A stretch of 64,000 bases of DNA, taken from positions 1 to 64,000 of IMG/VR virus record IMGVR_UViG_3300035664_000006; one strand, given 5' to 3'. This document shows positions 40,979-52,590 of the stretch, one piece after another. Each line of letters opens with the position of its first letter. The first letter of the stretch is position 1. The DNA comes from a virus. Position numbers and translations under genes: made by a program. The notes under the pieces were generated by a model, which had not been told where the DNA came from, did not search any database, and was given only the letters and a program-made list of their open reading frames with translations.

Positions 40979-42094
40979 TTATTGACCTTGCTGTATAGTA
41001 ATCTTGGGACATCCACCCGTAGTAGCACAATTAAAATTAATTGAATATGATTGTTGAGAACTACCACTTTGAGATAAGCTTAAATCAGTTGGTTGACCAG
41101 ATAATGAAATCTTGCCCATATGATTACCAGATCCTTGTTGTAAAGTGTCAATGTGCTTATTATCACCACTTATATCGAGTTCTAAATATTGATTGCCGGA
41201 ATCTTTTTGTTGTAGTGATAATGTATTGTTGTTTCCGTTTACATGTGTGAAAATACCTTTAGAACCACCGGTATTCTGTTGTAATAGTGAAGCAGTATTA
41301 TTATTTCCTAAAATACTTAATTCCGTATAATTTACTGAAGCATTCGACGTTGATGTTTCACTTATTGAAATTGTATTATTAGAACCGTTGCCATAATATT
41401 CTATATAATTGTTTTTAGACCCTGATTGAGTTATTGTTATAGTATTAGAATTACCAAGTTGTTCTATATAAACTTGACTATCGGACGTTGCTCTATTGAT
41501 AAATGATTGAACATTCGCAACATTAAATGAATTTGCATTAAAATTAGCAGATGAACCGCCACAGCACAATGTTGGTACAAAAAAACTTGAAGAAGTAGCT
41601 AGGTTGTTAGATGGTACTACGACTATTCCATTACCAATATTCCAATCTAACTGTAGTACCGCACCACCACCGTTTTCATACCACCATACATCTATGGCAT
41701 AAACTTGTCCAGCAGTCAATGTAATGGTACCAGAACCATTAAAGTTATTAGGTCCCTGTTCTACCCAGTTATTAATTACAACTGTGTTATCAATGGACAT
41801 ATAAAATCCATCGTCACTTCGATCATAAAAAGTTATGGTTTTACTACCAGATGAACCAGGCCACAAAATACTTCCAGTGAAATGAATTATTACACCATCA
41901 GCTCTTCCCGAACCCATAACAACTCCTCCTCCCCAGTCATAATTTAATGAGGTAGATACACCAGACGATAAAATTGCGCCATTTGTATTCCTGGATGGAG
42001 TTGCGCCACCGGCAGCATATACAATATAATCTAAACCAGCCACTCCATCGGCATATACGTTTATACAAAATAATAACAACAGAATAAATTTCAT
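40979..42094 (-). CDS. PA14 domain + curlin-repeat protein
   Basis: SDDG...WYENGGGA (PA14); Q.G..N curlin repeats. Confidence 0.8.
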   Translation of the reverse strand: MKFILLLLFCINVYADGVAGLDYIVYAAGGATPSRNTNGAILSSGVSTSLNYDWGGGVVMGSGRADGVIIHFTGSILWPGSSGSKTITFYDRSDDGFYMSIDNTVVINNWVEQGPNNFNGSGTITLTAGQVYAIDVWWYENGGGAVLQLDWNIGNGIVVVPSNNLATSSSFFVPTLCCGGSSANFNANSFNVANVQSFINRATSDSQVYIEQLGNSNTITITQSGSKNNYIEYYGNGSNNTISISETSTSNASVNYTELSILGNNNTASLLQQNTGGSKGIFTHVNGNNNTLSLQQKDSGNQYLELDISGDNKHIDTLQQGSGNHMGKISLSGQPTDLSLSQSGSSQQSYSINFNCATTGGCPKITIQQGQ

Positions 42095-43185
42095 TTTAAT
42101 TGTAATACTCCTGATGATTGAATTATATTCACAATATTACCACCAGGGCTACCATCGCCGATGAGTGTAGATGCGGCAACGCTATTTTGTGTAATATTAA
42201 TTGATGTATTTGAGCTGTATCCTTGTGTTTTTATTTCTGAATAATGCTCAAATGGTGCTACTCGAAATGCAACACCTTTTCCTTTATCTCGGTCATCATT
42301 GCCGTTTTTATCCCATAATACACAAACGTTATTAACTGCATTACACCCCAATTTTCCTGCAGCTGATAACATCGCTAACATACGTGCTTGTTCTATTTCT
42401 TCACCACTTTTTGCCACTTGACTGGCCAATCTTCTAGTAGCCTCTGCTTCTATTTCTTCTAATTCTTTATCTCGTGGTGATTTCATAGCTTCTTTCATGA
42501 CTCGTTGTACTTCTACTGGTTTCACTATTATAAGGTTGTTGGATATTTTTGATTCAATAATATTAATTGATGTAGGTGGCGTTGGACTCATTGTTGCACT
42601 TTGAACATAAGTTGCTTGGAATGCTTCTTCTAATGAAACTTTACCTGCTAGGGTTTCTACATCAATTTTACCAACTTTGCATTTGTTTTCTTCTAATTCA
42701 TACTTTTTAATGTCTTTTTCATCTTTACAACTTGGTACTAGAACAATTAAACTCTGTCCAGATTCATCAACCGTCATTGTAAAATCAGTGCCTCTAACTG
42801 CAATAGCAGCAGTTGGTGTTTTTATATTCACTTGTTGTGGATTATTTTTAGCTATTTGACCAGATGCATACCTAACAGTACCCATACCTACCTTGAGTGC
42901 TAATTTACCTGCATCACTTGATTTTGGGTCGAATACAAAGTCGTCTATTAATAGACGACTATTTTCTGTTATCTTTACTTTTGTATCATCTTTAAAAATT
43001 ATGTTGCTAATACAACCACCAGTTATATAAATATCCATACTTTCAATTGCAGCACCTTTATCACCTGGTAAATTTTGTTTATTTCGTTCTATTTTACAAT
43101 TGGTACTAGATACATCGGCAACTGTACCTATTCCGGCTGAAACATTAACAGATAATAAACAAAGTATTACTGCAATAATTGGCAT
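42091..43185 (-). CDS. FecR-domain protein
   Basis: F.DDT...ENSRL, IKTPTAAIAVRGTDF. Confidence 0.85.
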   Translation of the reverse strand: MPIIAVILCLLSVNVSAGIGTVADVSSTNCKIERNKQNLPGDKGAAIESMDIYITGGCISNIIFKDDTKVKITENSRLLIDDFVFDPKSSDAGKLALKVGMGTVRYASGQIAKNNPQQVNIKTPTAAIAVRGTDFTMTVDESGQSLIVLVPSCKDEKDIKKYELEENKCKVGKIDVETLAGKVSLEEAFQATYVQSATMSPTPPTSINIIESKISNNLIIVKPVEVQRVMKEAMKSPRDKELEEIEAEATRRLASQVAKSGEEIEQARMLAMLSAAGKLGCNAVNNVCVLWDKNGNDDRDKGKGVAFRVAPFEHYSEIKTQGYSSNTSINITQNSVAASTLIGDGSPGGNIVNIIQSSGVLQLK

Positions 43186-43187
43186 AA

Positions 43188-43982
43188 TTATCTTGCAATT
43201 GCGGATTGTGCATTCACTATTGTGCTTGAACTTGATCTAACTGTAATGGTATTGTTATCACCAGTTGTTTTCAAATCAATTGTAGTATCATTTGACCCTT
43301 GTTGTTGGGTAGTAATCGCATTATAATTACCAGCGATGACTTCTTTTAAATAATGTCCAGTTGCACCGGCTACATCACTTTGTTCAACATTTAATAAGTT
43401 ATTATTACCTGTAATGCTTAAGAGAGAAGTACCATTTGTACTAGATAAATTTTCAGTAACTTGGTTGGTTCCTCCGGTAATGGTGAGTGTACTAGTAATA
43501 TAGTTTCCAATTATATTTTGCATCACGATGTTAGTATTGCCGGTGATAGTTTCAGTTACTTCAACATGTTGATTATCTGTGGAATTTGTATCACCAATAA
43601 CTAATCTATTTTTATTATCATTACCAGATATGGTGTTAGTATATTTATTGTTCCCACCTTTAATACTATATTGCGCCCAGTTATTATTACCATGATGTGT
43701 CATTGATAAAATATTATTACTACCATTAATAGTTGCATAATTTGATGCACTGGCTGGATCTGGTGTATTAGTAGTTATGTTAGTGGTTTGATCCGTTGTG
43801 ATAGTACCAGAAATACCACCGACTGTATTGGTTCCACCTACTTGTTCTATTGTAATAGTATTTGAATTTCCTATTTGTTCTATGAAGACACTGTTAGGAC
43901 CGGTAGCAGTTCCAACAGCCATGGTTAAATTAGAAAACAATATCACTGATGATATTAATAAATAATTCAATAATTGTTTCAT
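43188..43982 (-). CDS. Curlin-like (CsgA/CsgB) repeat protein
   Basis: Signal peptide; IEQIGNSN, I.G..N repeats. Confidence 0.78.
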   Translation of the reverse strand: MKQLLNYLLISSVILFSNLTMAVGTATGPNSVFIEQIGNSNTITIEQVGGTNTVGGISGTITTDQTTNITTNTPDPASASNYATINGSNNILSMTHHGNNNWAQYSIKGGNNKYTNTISGNDNKNRLVIGDTNSTDNQHVEVTETITGNTNIVMQNIIGNYITSTLTITGGTNQVTENLSSTNGTSLLSITGNNNLLNVEQSDVAGATGHYLKEVIAGNYNAITTQQQGSNDTTIDLKTTGDNNTITVRSSSSTIVNAQSAIAR

Positions 43983-43996
43983 TTCAATATGCTCCT

Positions 43997-44797
43997 TTAT
44001 TGTTTAAACGCCCAATGCCCTTTACGAGCCCCTTCACGAATTGTATCGACAACTGCTGCTTGGACTGCTTTATTAGTTGCTCTATTGATACTCTCGTTTA
44101 TACTACCGCCTATTTCAGCCTCTAATGCTTTAGTATCAGCAGCTATAAATCTTAAAACACCGAATTTATCCATATAACTTAGGACAGTCTTGGTCACTGT
44201 TACCGAAGTTAAAATCTCACCGGATGTTACTGAAACTGTTCGTAGACTGACAGTTACGGTATCACTTTGGTATTGTGTTTCACCACCAATTCCAAAAATT
44301 CTTACACCTGCACCACCAGTCAATGTATTTGAATCATACCCGACAATCGCTCCTTCTGCCAATATTCCAGCAAATAACATCGCTGGTAATGGTTGTGCAT
44401 CTTTGCCCTGAAATTGCTCACGAGCTTGTCGAATCATCTGCCGTTCTTTAATCAAGTTTTCTAGGCCGACACGTTCAACAACAGTAAACCATCTCGCATC
44501 ACCTACATCTTGTAATGCTTTAATTAAGTAATTTTCAGCCCCTTGTGTAACTGCAGAACTTAAACTAGCTATATTTGGCATAGATTTACGTTGCCCAGTT
44601 TTATCAGTAAATCCATATACTGCAATTGGAATAGGTCCTGATGATGGCGGATCCAATTTATTTTCATCTTTATATAAAAATAAACTTTTTTCAATAACTG
44701 GATCATCAAATTGTTCACCAGTAATTAATTTATTGATAGCACTACTTGTAGCACACCCTTGCAACAATATCATTGACAGTATAATAATTTTTTTCAT
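43997..44797 (-). CDS. csgG: Curli secretion lipoprotein CsgG
   Basis: LQGC lipobox, AVYGFTDKTGQ, SAVTQG, VERVGL..L..ER. Confidence 0.92.
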   Translation of the reverse strand: MKKIIILSMILLQGCATSSAINKLITGEQFDDPVIEKSLFLYKDENKLDPPSSGPIPIAVYGFTDKTGQRKSMPNIASLSSAVTQGAENYLIKALQDVGDARWFTVVERVGLENLIKERQMIRQAREQFQGKDAQPLPAMLFAGILAEGAIVGYDSNTLTGGAGVRIFGIGGETQYQSDTVTVSLRTVSVTSGEILTSVTVTKTVLSYMDKFGVLRFIAADTKALEAEIGGSINESINRATNKAVQAAVVDTIREGARKGHWAFKQ

Positions 44798-44799
44798 AA

Positions 44800-45279
44800 T
44801 TAGAAATAAAATGTCCCAGCTGGTACTTTCATTGTTGTGGTCTGTAAAGGATTTGAATTATTAGTAATATTGATAATTATCAATCCTTGATCAGAACCTG
44901 CTCCTAAACTCCAAGTGACATTATTCCCACCAAGATCTGGCATATTTCCACATACCGTACCTGGTGATGTACATGTTGTCCCTTCGCTAAACATTGAGTC
45001 AGTTAATTGTTTAGCCAACTGTGAGTATATTCTAGATTCTAAATTAGCTAAGAATTTAGCTTGCGGGGTATTTTGTGCATCAGATAACGCTTTTGCTTGT
45101 AATGCATCAGCAGCTGCTTTATTTTTATCTGCTGCTTGTGTTTCTAGCTGATTAATCGTTAATACATGTGAACTATATCCAACACCACTAAATGCTGGAC
45201 TATTGAATGTATGCTGCAACTCGGCAGATTGTACAACATATGGCCCGATTAAAAATAAAAAACCTAGTATTTTTCTCAT
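44800..45279 (-). CDS. csgF: Curli assembly protein CsgF-like
   Basis: Signal peptide then AELQHTFNSPAFSG. Confidence 0.75.
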   Translation of the reverse strand: MRKILGFLFLIGPYVVQSAELQHTFNSPAFSGVGYSSHVLTINQLETQAADKNKAAADALQAKALSDAQNTPQAKFLANLESRIYSQLAKQLTDSMFSEGTTCTSPGTVCGNMPDLGGNNVTWSLGAGSDQGLIIINITNNSNPLQTTTMKVPAGTFYF

Positions 45280-45335
45280 GAATATCCCCCCCCTTAAGTT
45301 ATTTAAAAAGAGGGGTATTATTATAATACTAGTAG

Positions 45336-46010
45336 TTAATTGACTGGGAATAAGCAATGGTTAACGTATAAATGAGATTGCTCTTCTGATAAGCCTAATG
45401 ACATTAGGACTCGTGGGTTATGGGGGTTAAGACGTTGATTTTCAATGTAATATTGATGTTTACTTGAAATATCGTCTATGGTATGGTTTGTATCTATTAA
45501 GGATACCATATATGCAGTTAACGTTGATGAAACCGTATTTAAAATCTGATCTAATTCTTCATCTGATTGAACATTGCCTGCTGCAATGATGGAATCTGAA
45601 AATATTCGTTTACCCCAATCTGGTAGTTCACGTTTCTTATTCCATTCTAGTTTTTCTGATTCTTCTTTAAACCAATCGGACAATGAATGGTTAGCTATTA
45701 CTGGACTAAAATCATGAAAACATCCAGTTATTTTATTTTTACCTGCAAATACATCAAACCCAAATATAGGAGCAGGATTGTGATAATGCGGGTAAATACA
45801 ACAATGCATCATCCACAATCCACGGGCATCTAGCACATCAATGATATTGACATGTGCTTTTCGATATAATGAAGAACTCCAGGTTTGATTAGACCAACCT
45901 GGGTTGTTAAACTGTCCAGCAATCGGATCAGAAACTTCTTCACCTGATTGCTGGAAAGTATTTAAAAATAACTGTTGTATATCTGTAAGAGTACACAACA
46001 ATTTATTCAT
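45336..46010 (-). CDS. Ferredoxin-dependent bilin reductase (PcyA/PcyX-like)
   Basis: YRKAH, MMHCCIYP, PIFGFD, HDFSP, RELPDWG.IFS, Q..NPH. Confidence 0.85.
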   Translation of the reverse strand: MNKLLCTLTDIQQLFLNTFQQSGEEVSDPIAGQFNNPGWSNQTWSSSLYRKAHVNIIDVLDARGLWMMHCCIYPHYHNPAPIFGFDVFAGKNKITGCFHDFSPVIANHSLSDWFKEESEKLEWNKKRELPDWGKRIFSDSIIAAGNVQSDEELDQILNTVSSTLTAYMVSLIDTNHTIDDISSKHQYYIENQRLNPHNPRVLMSLGLSEEQSHLYVNHCLFPVN

Positions 46011-46539
46011 GTAATTCCTTCATAATTTTAATAGCCCATTTAAATGCAACTCTTGCTTCATCACCTAAATCATCAGTAAGTTCTTCACGAATTGCATTTC
46101 TAAGCCCTTCAACATCATCGAATTGGTAAAACTTACCAGAACCTGGTACTGTTTTAGCGATATATTGTCCACCATATAAATCGCCCATATGACGAACATA
46201 AAGATGAGCTTTAATTAAATGTTTAGTTGATGGTTCATTTAATAATCCTAACACATAATTGTTATATGCCAGTGTTGCTGGTAAAAATGTATAATGTGTG
46301 TTAGGATCTCTTAATTCGATAAAATCTTGATAAATTCCAGGTAGTCTTTCAACGCCTGGTAAGTTATCAAAATATCCTAACACTTTGCAACCAAATTCAA
46401 CTGGTCCATATGCTGCAATCATCTGATACAGGTAATTAGTATATAGTTCAGTTGAAATCTTACCAGTTAATAATAATTTTGCAAAGTTAGTTTTCTCTGC
46501 TTCCGTATGTAAATCTTTTGTAATTTCACGTAATGACAT
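46003..46539 (-). CDS. Heme oxygenase
   Basis: LREITKDLHTEAE, AHLYVRHMGDLYGGQ. Confidence 0.92.
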   Translation of the reverse strand: MSLREITKDLHTEAEKTNFAKLLLTGKISTELYTNYLYQMIAAYGPVEFGCKVLGYFDNLPGVERLPGIYQDFIELRDPNTHYTFLPATLAYNNYVLGLLNEPSTKHLIKAHLYVRHMGDLYGGQYIAKTVPGSGKFYQFDDVEGLRNAIREELTDDLGDEARVAFKWAIKIMKELHE

Positions 46540-46599
46540 ATTTTTCCTTATAATAATCATATATTATATCACTGTGCTGGAATAGTGTCAAGAAAAAAT

Positions 46600-46667
46600 A
46601 TAAATAAAGATGTAGTTCACGGAATTGGCGTTCCTAACTACTTTAATACTGTAAAGGAGTATCAACA
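46600..46667 (+). promoter_or_regulatory. Homing-endonuclease leader module (copy 4)
   Basis: ATAAATA..GTAGTT..AACTAC..ATACT-GTAAAGG-AGTAT. Confidence 0.75.
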
Positions 46668-47459
46668 ATGATATTTATAGAAAATAAGTATACCATATGG
46701 TATAATAAAATTATTAATTCCTCAAAAACTCGTAAATTATCAAATAATGTATATACAGAAAGACATCACATTATACCAAGAAGTGTTGGAGGGTCTAATG
46801 ATGACAGTAATATAGCAATTCTTACTGCCCGTGAGCATTTTTTATGCCATTTATTATTAGTTAAAATGACTTCTAATAAAGAACGGGTTAAGATGATATA
46901 TGCTTCTTGGAGAATGGTTTGCACATCTAACAGATATCAAGTAAGACATAAAACAACATCACGGATTTATCAAAAAATTAGAGAAGATTATATCAATGTT
47001 GTTAAAAATAGAAAAATGACTGATGAAACAAAACAAAAATTAAGAGAAGCTAACCTAGGTAAAAAGCATAGTGATGAAAGTAAAGCAAAAATGTCCAAAT
47101 CTAGAGCTGGTATACTATTAAATGAAATACACGGGATAGAAAAAGCAAATAAGATTAGGGAAAAACGTTCTGCTTCATTAAAAGGTAAAAATGCTGGAAA
47201 AACTCCTAGATTAGGTGCAAAATTAACAGAAGAATCCAAGCAGAAAATATCCGATAAAGCAAAACTCCGTAAAAAAGAATGCGAATATTGTAAAAATCAG
47301 TATTCTCTTTTAACTTACAATCGTTATCATGGTAAAAATTGTAAATTATCTGGGAATACTGATATTAGATTAATGAAAACTTGTGTATATTGTGATAAAA
47401 CTATGGACCCAGCAAATTATGCAAGATATCATGGTGATAAGTGTAAATTAAAACATTAA
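46668..47459 (+). mobile_element. HNH + NUMOD3 homing endonuclease
   Basis: ERHHIIPRSVGG...LTAREHFLCH. Confidence 0.9.
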
Positions 47460-47758
47460 TCTTCACATTCAATTTTTATCTGGAGTGGAAACCCATTTTC
47501 TCTGGCTAGTTTAGTAGCATCAACGGCTTTAATTTCAGCGATTTCAAAATCATATACACCTGCGATACCTGAACCAGTTTCATGCACTTGCATAGTAACA
47601 TCATAAGCAGTTGATTCTGAATGTCTGAATACATCTACGAGCATCATGATTACGAAATCAATTGGTGTATGGTCATCATTTAGCACGATGACTTTCCAAC
47701 GTTTTGGTTCTTCTACGCGGATTTTTACTTTTTCTTCAATTTTAACGTCTGTTGACAT
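47456..47758 (-). CDS. clpS: Clp protease adaptor ClpS
   Basis: KVIVLNDDHTPIDFV...VHETG...EIAEIK...GFPL. Confidence 0.92.
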   Translation of the reverse strand: MSTDVKIEEKVKIRVEEPKRWKVIVLNDDHTPIDFVIMMLVDVFRHSESTAYDVTMQVHETGSGIAGVYDFEIAEIKAVDATKLARENGFPLQIKIECED

Positions 47759-47780
47759 AATGGATTTCCTGTGTAAGTGA

Positions 47781-48209
47781 TTATTTAATTTCAATTTGGC
47801 GAGGTTTTAATGCCTCTGGTACAACATATTCTAATTCGATTCGTAACAACCCATCTTTAACCTCTGCACCAATAACCTCGATATATTCAGCTAATGGAAA
47901 TTGCACTAAAAAGTTTCGTGAAGCCAATCCACGATGTAAATATTCCCAGTCTGATGAATCATTGGTATCGATATGTTCACCTGTGATAGTAAGAATATTT
48001 TGGTCAACTTCGACATGAATTTCTTCTTTACTAAATCCTGCTACGGCTAATTCGATACTGTAATTAGTTTCATTGTATTTTAAAATATTATGTGGTGGAT
48101 AATTGGATTGTGTTGTACTAACTTTGTTGTTAAGCATCCGATCAAATCCCACCAATGCTCTATTTAAATTTGCTAATGTTGCTGTACCAATTGTTCTAAT
48201 TGTTGCCAT
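47781..48209 (-). CDS. Small heat-shock protein (IbpA-like)
   Basis: YPPHNI, IELAVAGF, YLHRGLASRNF, DGLL.I. Confidence 0.92.
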   Translation of the reverse strand: MATIRTIGTATLANLNRALVGFDRMLNNKVSTTQSNYPPHNILKYNETNYSIELAVAGFSKEEIHVEVDQNILTITGEHIDTNDSSDWEYLHRGLASRNFLVQFPLAEYIEVIGAEVKDGLLRIELEYVVPEALKPRQIEIK

Positions 48210-48296
48210 TTTATATCTCCTTATATAAGCAAGAACAATCGTGAACCCATTGTAGGCATTTCACGATTGTTATTATAACATACTACTTTAAATAAA

Positions 48297-50186
48297 TCAA
48301 ACTTCTTTAAACTCAGCTTGTACAACGTCTTCATCATTAGATGGTGATGATTCAGATGGTTGATCGGCTGCCTGTTTTTTCATGAAAACTGGACTTGCTG
48401 CTTCAAATAATTTCTGGACTGATTCATTGATTTTTTCAATATCATCGCCCTTTGAAACATCGTCAATATATTGAACTGCAGTTTCAAAAGCAGATTTTTC
48501 TTCATCTGATAATTGATCTTTTACTTCATCAAAGTCTTTCTGTAAGGTATGACGTTGTGATTCAGCTTGATTACGAGCTTCGATCAACTCTTTTTGTTTT
48601 TTATCTGCTTCAGCATTTTCTTCAGCATCTTTTACCATACGTTGAATTTCTTCTTCAGTTAAACCTGAATCAGATTTAATGGTAATATTATTTTTCTTAC
48701 CTGTTGATTTATCTTGTGCTGAAATATGCATGATACCATTGGCATCGATATCGAATGTTACTTCGATTTGTGGAGTACCACGTCGAGCTGGTTCAATACC
48801 GTCTAAGTTGAATTCACCCAATTGTTTATTATAAGCATACAGTTCACGTTCACCTTGTCCCACCTTGATTGTTACTGCGGGTTGATTATCCTCAGCGGTT
48901 GAGAATGTTTGACTCGCTTTCGTAGGGATTGTGGTATTTTTCTGAATCAATTTAGTCATCACACCACCCATGGTTTCGATACCCAATGACAATGGTGTTA
49001 CGTCTAATAACAAGATATCAGTTTTGTCGCCTGATAAAACTGCACCTTGAACCGCTGCACCAGCAGCCACTGCTTCGTCTGGATTAACATCTTTACGTGG
49101 TGCCTTGCCAAACAATTTTTCAACTGCTTCTTGGACTTTTGGCATACGGGTTTGCCCACCGACTAAGATAACTTCATCAATTTCAGATAAATCGACTTTA
49201 GCATCTTTAATTGCAACTTTACATGGTGCAATACTACGTTCGATCAAGTCATCTACTAATGCTTCGAATTTAGCCCGAGTTAATTTTACGTTTAGGTGTT
49301 TTGGACCAGTTGCATCAGCGGTGATATATGGTAAATTGACATCTGTTTGTTCAGATGATGATAACTCGATTTTAGCTTTTTCTGCTGCTTCTTTCAAGCG
49401 TTGTAAAGCCATGGTATCATTTTTTAGATTCACGCCGGTGTCTTTTTCGAATTCACTTACTAGGTGATCCATTAAACGTTGGTCGAAATCTTCACCACCT
49501 AAAAATGTATCACCATTTGTTGATAATACTTCGATTTGTTTTTCGCCATCAATGTTAGCGATTTCGATGATTGAAATATCAAATGTACCACCACCTAGAT
49601 CATATACAGCAACTTTACGATCCTTGCTGTCAGCTTTATCAACACCGTATGCAAGTGCAGCAGCAGTTGGTTCATTGATAATACGAAGAACTTCAAGTCC
49701 AGCGATACGACCAGCATCTTTAGTTGCTTGACGTTGTGAGTCATTGAAATAAGCAGGAACAGTGATAACAGCTTGTGATACTTCATATCCTAAGTAGTCT
49801 TCAGCAGTTTTTTTCATTTTACGTAAAACTTCTGCTGAAATTTGTGGGGGTGCTAATTTGTCACCATTTGCTTCAACCCATGCATCACCATTTTCAGCTT
49901 TAATAATTGAATATGGCATCAGGTCGATATCTTTTTGAACTGCATCTTCGTCAAATTTACGACCGATAAGACGTTTCGCAGCGTAGATTGTATTTTTTGG
50001 ATTTGTAACAGATTGCCGTTTAGCGGCTGCACCTACTAATACTTCTGCATCAGTATATGCAATGATTGATGGGGTAGTGCGTGTACCCTCTGAATTTTCG
50101 ATTACTTTTGTTGAGCCATTCTCTAAAATAGCTACGCAAGAATTTGTGGTACCTAAATCGATACCGATTACTGTATTTTTACTCAT
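48297..50186 (-). CDS. dnaK: Chaperone DnaK
   Basis: [25 protein letters not shown]. Confidence 0.97.
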   Translation of the reverse strand: MSKNTVIGIDLGTTNSCVAILENGSTKVIENSEGTRTTPSIIAYTDAEVLVGAAAKRQSVTNPKNTIYAAKRLIGRKFDEDAVQKDIDLMPYSIIKAENGDAWVEANGDKLAPPQISAEVLRKMKKTAEDYLGYEVSQAVITVPAYFNDSQRQATKDAGRIAGLEVLRIINEPTAAALAYGVDKADSKDRKVAVYDLGGGTFDISIIEIANIDGEKQIEVLSTNGDTFLGGEDFDQRLMDHLVSEFEKDTGVNLKNDTMALQRLKEAAEKAKIELSSSEQTDVNLPYITADATGPKHLNVKLTRAKFEALVDDLIERSIAPCKVAIKDAKVDLSEIDEVILVGGQTRMPKVQEAVEKLFGKAPRKDVNPDEAVAAGAAVQGAVLSGDKTDILLLDVTPLSLGIETMGGVMTKLIQKNTTIPTKASQTFSTAEDNQPAVTIKVGQGERELYAYNKQLGEFNLDGIEPARRGTPQIEVTFDIDANGIMHISAQDKSTGKKNNITIKSDSGLTEEEIQRMVKDAEENAEADKKQKELIEARNQAESQRHTLQKDFDEVKDQLSDEEKSAFETAVQYIDDVSKGDDIEKINESVQKLFEAASPVFMKKQAADQPSESSPSNDEDVVQAEFKEV

Positions 50187-50259
50187 AATGTTCTCCTTTA
50201 TTAAGCGAGTTATAATTTGGCACTATGCCTATGTTAAACCCATATGGCGTTTAACGTAA

Positions 50260-50550
50260 TTATTTATCATCTTCTAAAGAAATGTGAGACCATTCCTTTA
50301 ATTTTTTTAATTTATTTTCAGCAGATATTTCAATACCTTCTTTACTTATGATATTATTACAAGCTAGAAGATAAATCATTGCTTGTAAATCTCCAATTTC
50401 TTCTTCAAGATGTTGACGATTTGTTTCACCTTTCCATTCGGTATCTAACCCAAACCTGAAAATTTTGGATATTGCCTGAATAACTTCGGCACATTCTTCT
50501 TGAGTAATACTAAGTATTTCTCTATGTTGTTCTTCCATAAAAAATCCCAT
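50260..50550 (-). CDS. MazG-like NTP pyrophosphohydrolase
   Basis: EECAE...EEEIGD. Confidence 0.8.
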   Translation of the reverse strand: MGFFMEEQHREILSITQEECAEVIQAISKIFRFGLDTEWKGETNRQHLEEEIGDLQAMIYLLACNNIISKEGIEISAENKLKKLKEWSHISLEDDK

Positions 50551-50589
50551 GATTTAAAGATTGAATTATACCATGGGGATTCTATAATG

Positions 50590-51654
50590 TCAACTAGAAT
50601 GTCTAGTTTTCTTTAAAGCTTTATCTTTTTTATCTTGCTCTTTCTTTAAAGCTTTATCTTTTTTATCTTGCTCTGCTTTCAAGACTTCTTCTAATAATCC
50701 TGGATTTTGCTTACACAGTGCATGTTCAATTATATATCTAGCAGTTTCAAAATCTAATCGCCGTCTCCTAACCCCGGATTTTGTATTTCCTTTAAATGGT
50801 GCTAAAAAAACATCATGTGTATTGGTTCTATAATATTCTAATAAGATATTACAATCATCGATTAACATGTTTATATCTACTGGTGTATTAATTAATATTT
50901 TCGATGATGATCTACTACTAACTTTAACTGGACTGGTAATTTTGTCCGGTGTAGTGAAACATATTCTATCAGCGTTGGTACTATCAAAACAGATAACACC
51001 GAAATTCCCATCATGATTATTAAACTTGATTAAATTTTTACCTAGGTTTAAAGAAGTCAAAGCAAATTTATTTAATGATTTAAATGAGCCGATCAACTGA
51101 TCATTTTTGTAGATATCATAATCATCAGATAATTCAGGACCCCATGTAATAACTATAACTGGGTGTTCAGTGTCTTCAAATGGATTTTCTTCTAGTATGT
51201 TGATACTACGGATTCTCTTAGATTTATTTGAACTTATCTGATATGTTTCTGGGATTATAGCAACCCCATAATCAAAACTATTCAAACATTGATTTAACCC
51301 TATAACATATAAATCTTCGCATGATGGAAATAGTTCAAAGTATTCCTTGACATTATTTAACTTGTTTCTAGCTGCTGACACTTTGGCCAAATATGGTGGA
51401 TTAGTAATGCATAAATCAGTATGGTGTGGCGGGATACTCTTTAAACTATCGTTAATAGGCCAGTTAAATGAATGATCTATGTCGTAGCCTTTTACTGCAT
51501 AGTTATCAGCAAATGGGGAAAGTAAATCTCCGCCACCGGCAAATGGGTCAACTATCTGTACAAAATTTAAAGAATCAATAAATAATTGAATATTTGACTT
51601 AATCCATAAATCCTTTTTTGTAAAAAACTGTCCTAGTTCAACCTTTTTTGTCAT
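50590..51654 (-). CDS. N6-adenine DNA methyltransferase
   Basis: GQFFT, DPFAGGG, TNPPY. Confidence 0.88.
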   Translation of the reverse strand: MTKKVELGQFFTKKDLWIKSNIQLFIDSLNFVQIVDPFAGGGDLLSPFADNYAVKGYDIDHSFNWPINDSLKSIPPHHTDLCITNPPYLAKVSAARNKLNNVKEYFELFPSCEDLYVIGLNQCLNSFDYGVAIIPETYQISSNKSKRIRSINILEENPFEDTEHPVIVITWGPELSDDYDIYKNDQLIGSFKSLNKFALTSLNLGKNLIKFNNHDGNFGVICFDSTNADRICFTTPDKITSPVKVSSRSSSKILINTPVDINMLIDDCNILLEYYRTNTHDVFLAPFKGNTKSGVRRRRLDFETARYIIEHALCKQNPGLLEEVLKAEQDKKDKALKKEQDKKDKALKKTRHSS

Positions 51655-51662
51655 ATATGTCC

Positions 51663-52478
51663 TTATAATGAGTTAACAAAATCAATCAGTGATTCACAAT
51701 TTCCACAATTTATATTTACATATTGTTGGCATAATGTATTAAGCTCTGGGATATGGCTTTCACCCCATTTACCATCTATTAATACATAAAAATGCATGTT
51801 ATCGGTGTTATGTTTATTAACATACGCAATTGCTTCATTGATAAAATTTTTAGATTCTTTTACTTGATGCGATTGAGAAGACCCAGCTGCTTCTGTATAT
51901 TTCGCAAAAACGTGAATAGTGATATCACCTCCATTACAAATAAAATCTATACTGCGAGCATTTGCTTCTTTTACATCTTTCTTTTTCTTTATTGTATTGG
52001 CTATGATAATATCGCCGTTGCATAGAGTATATAACCCATTTACAGGTTTATTCCATGTAAAGGTATTATTAACATATTTTTGTAAAGTTGCAAACTGTGT
52101 TAACTCATCAACTGTTTGTCTACATGCATTTCTGCTAAATGGAATGGTTATTCTTGGATCAGATATTAATAACAATTGTGCAATCTCAGAAATCATTTCT
52201 TTTGAAACATTAGTGATGTCATCAACATTGTATATATGACTCAAATCCCTAACAATATAATTAGATATTTTATCACCAATTTCGTTATAATCAGTATCTT
52301 TACTATTTCTGCCAGTTTTAGTTTTTTTAAACTTGGGAAAAATTGAACTACACGGATTTGCGGCAATATATTCCCATACTAGCCTATCTTCTATGTAATT
52401 AGATTGATTGGTTTCAGATCTGCTTTCCTTAATATTTTTAGCACCATTTTTATATTCTGTTTTAATTACGACTGACAT
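51663..52478 (-). CDS. Putative PD-(D/E)XK restriction endonuclease
   Basis: SIDF...FAKYT...Q; adjacent to the MTase, own promoter. Confidence 0.5.
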   Translation of the reverse strand: MSVVIKTEYKNGAKNIKESRSETNQSNYIEDRLVWEYIAANPCSSIFPKFKKTKTGRNSKDTDYNEIGDKISNYIVRDLSHIYNVDDITNVSKEMISEIAQLLLISDPRITIPFSRNACRQTVDELTQFATLQKYVNNTFTWNKPVNGLYTLCNGDIIIANTIKKKKDVKEANARSIDFICNGGDITIHVFAKYTEAAGSSQSHQVKESKNFINEAIAYVNKHNTDNMHFYVLIDGKWGESHIPELNTLCQQYVNINCGNCESLIDFVNSL

Positions 52479-52590
52479 ATATCTTCCATGATAAAATCAA
52501 GGAAGCATGAAATTATAGTAAACTATCAATGAACATCATGTTCATTTACTTCCTTGTGTAAATTAATTATAGCATCGTTGATTGTGAATG

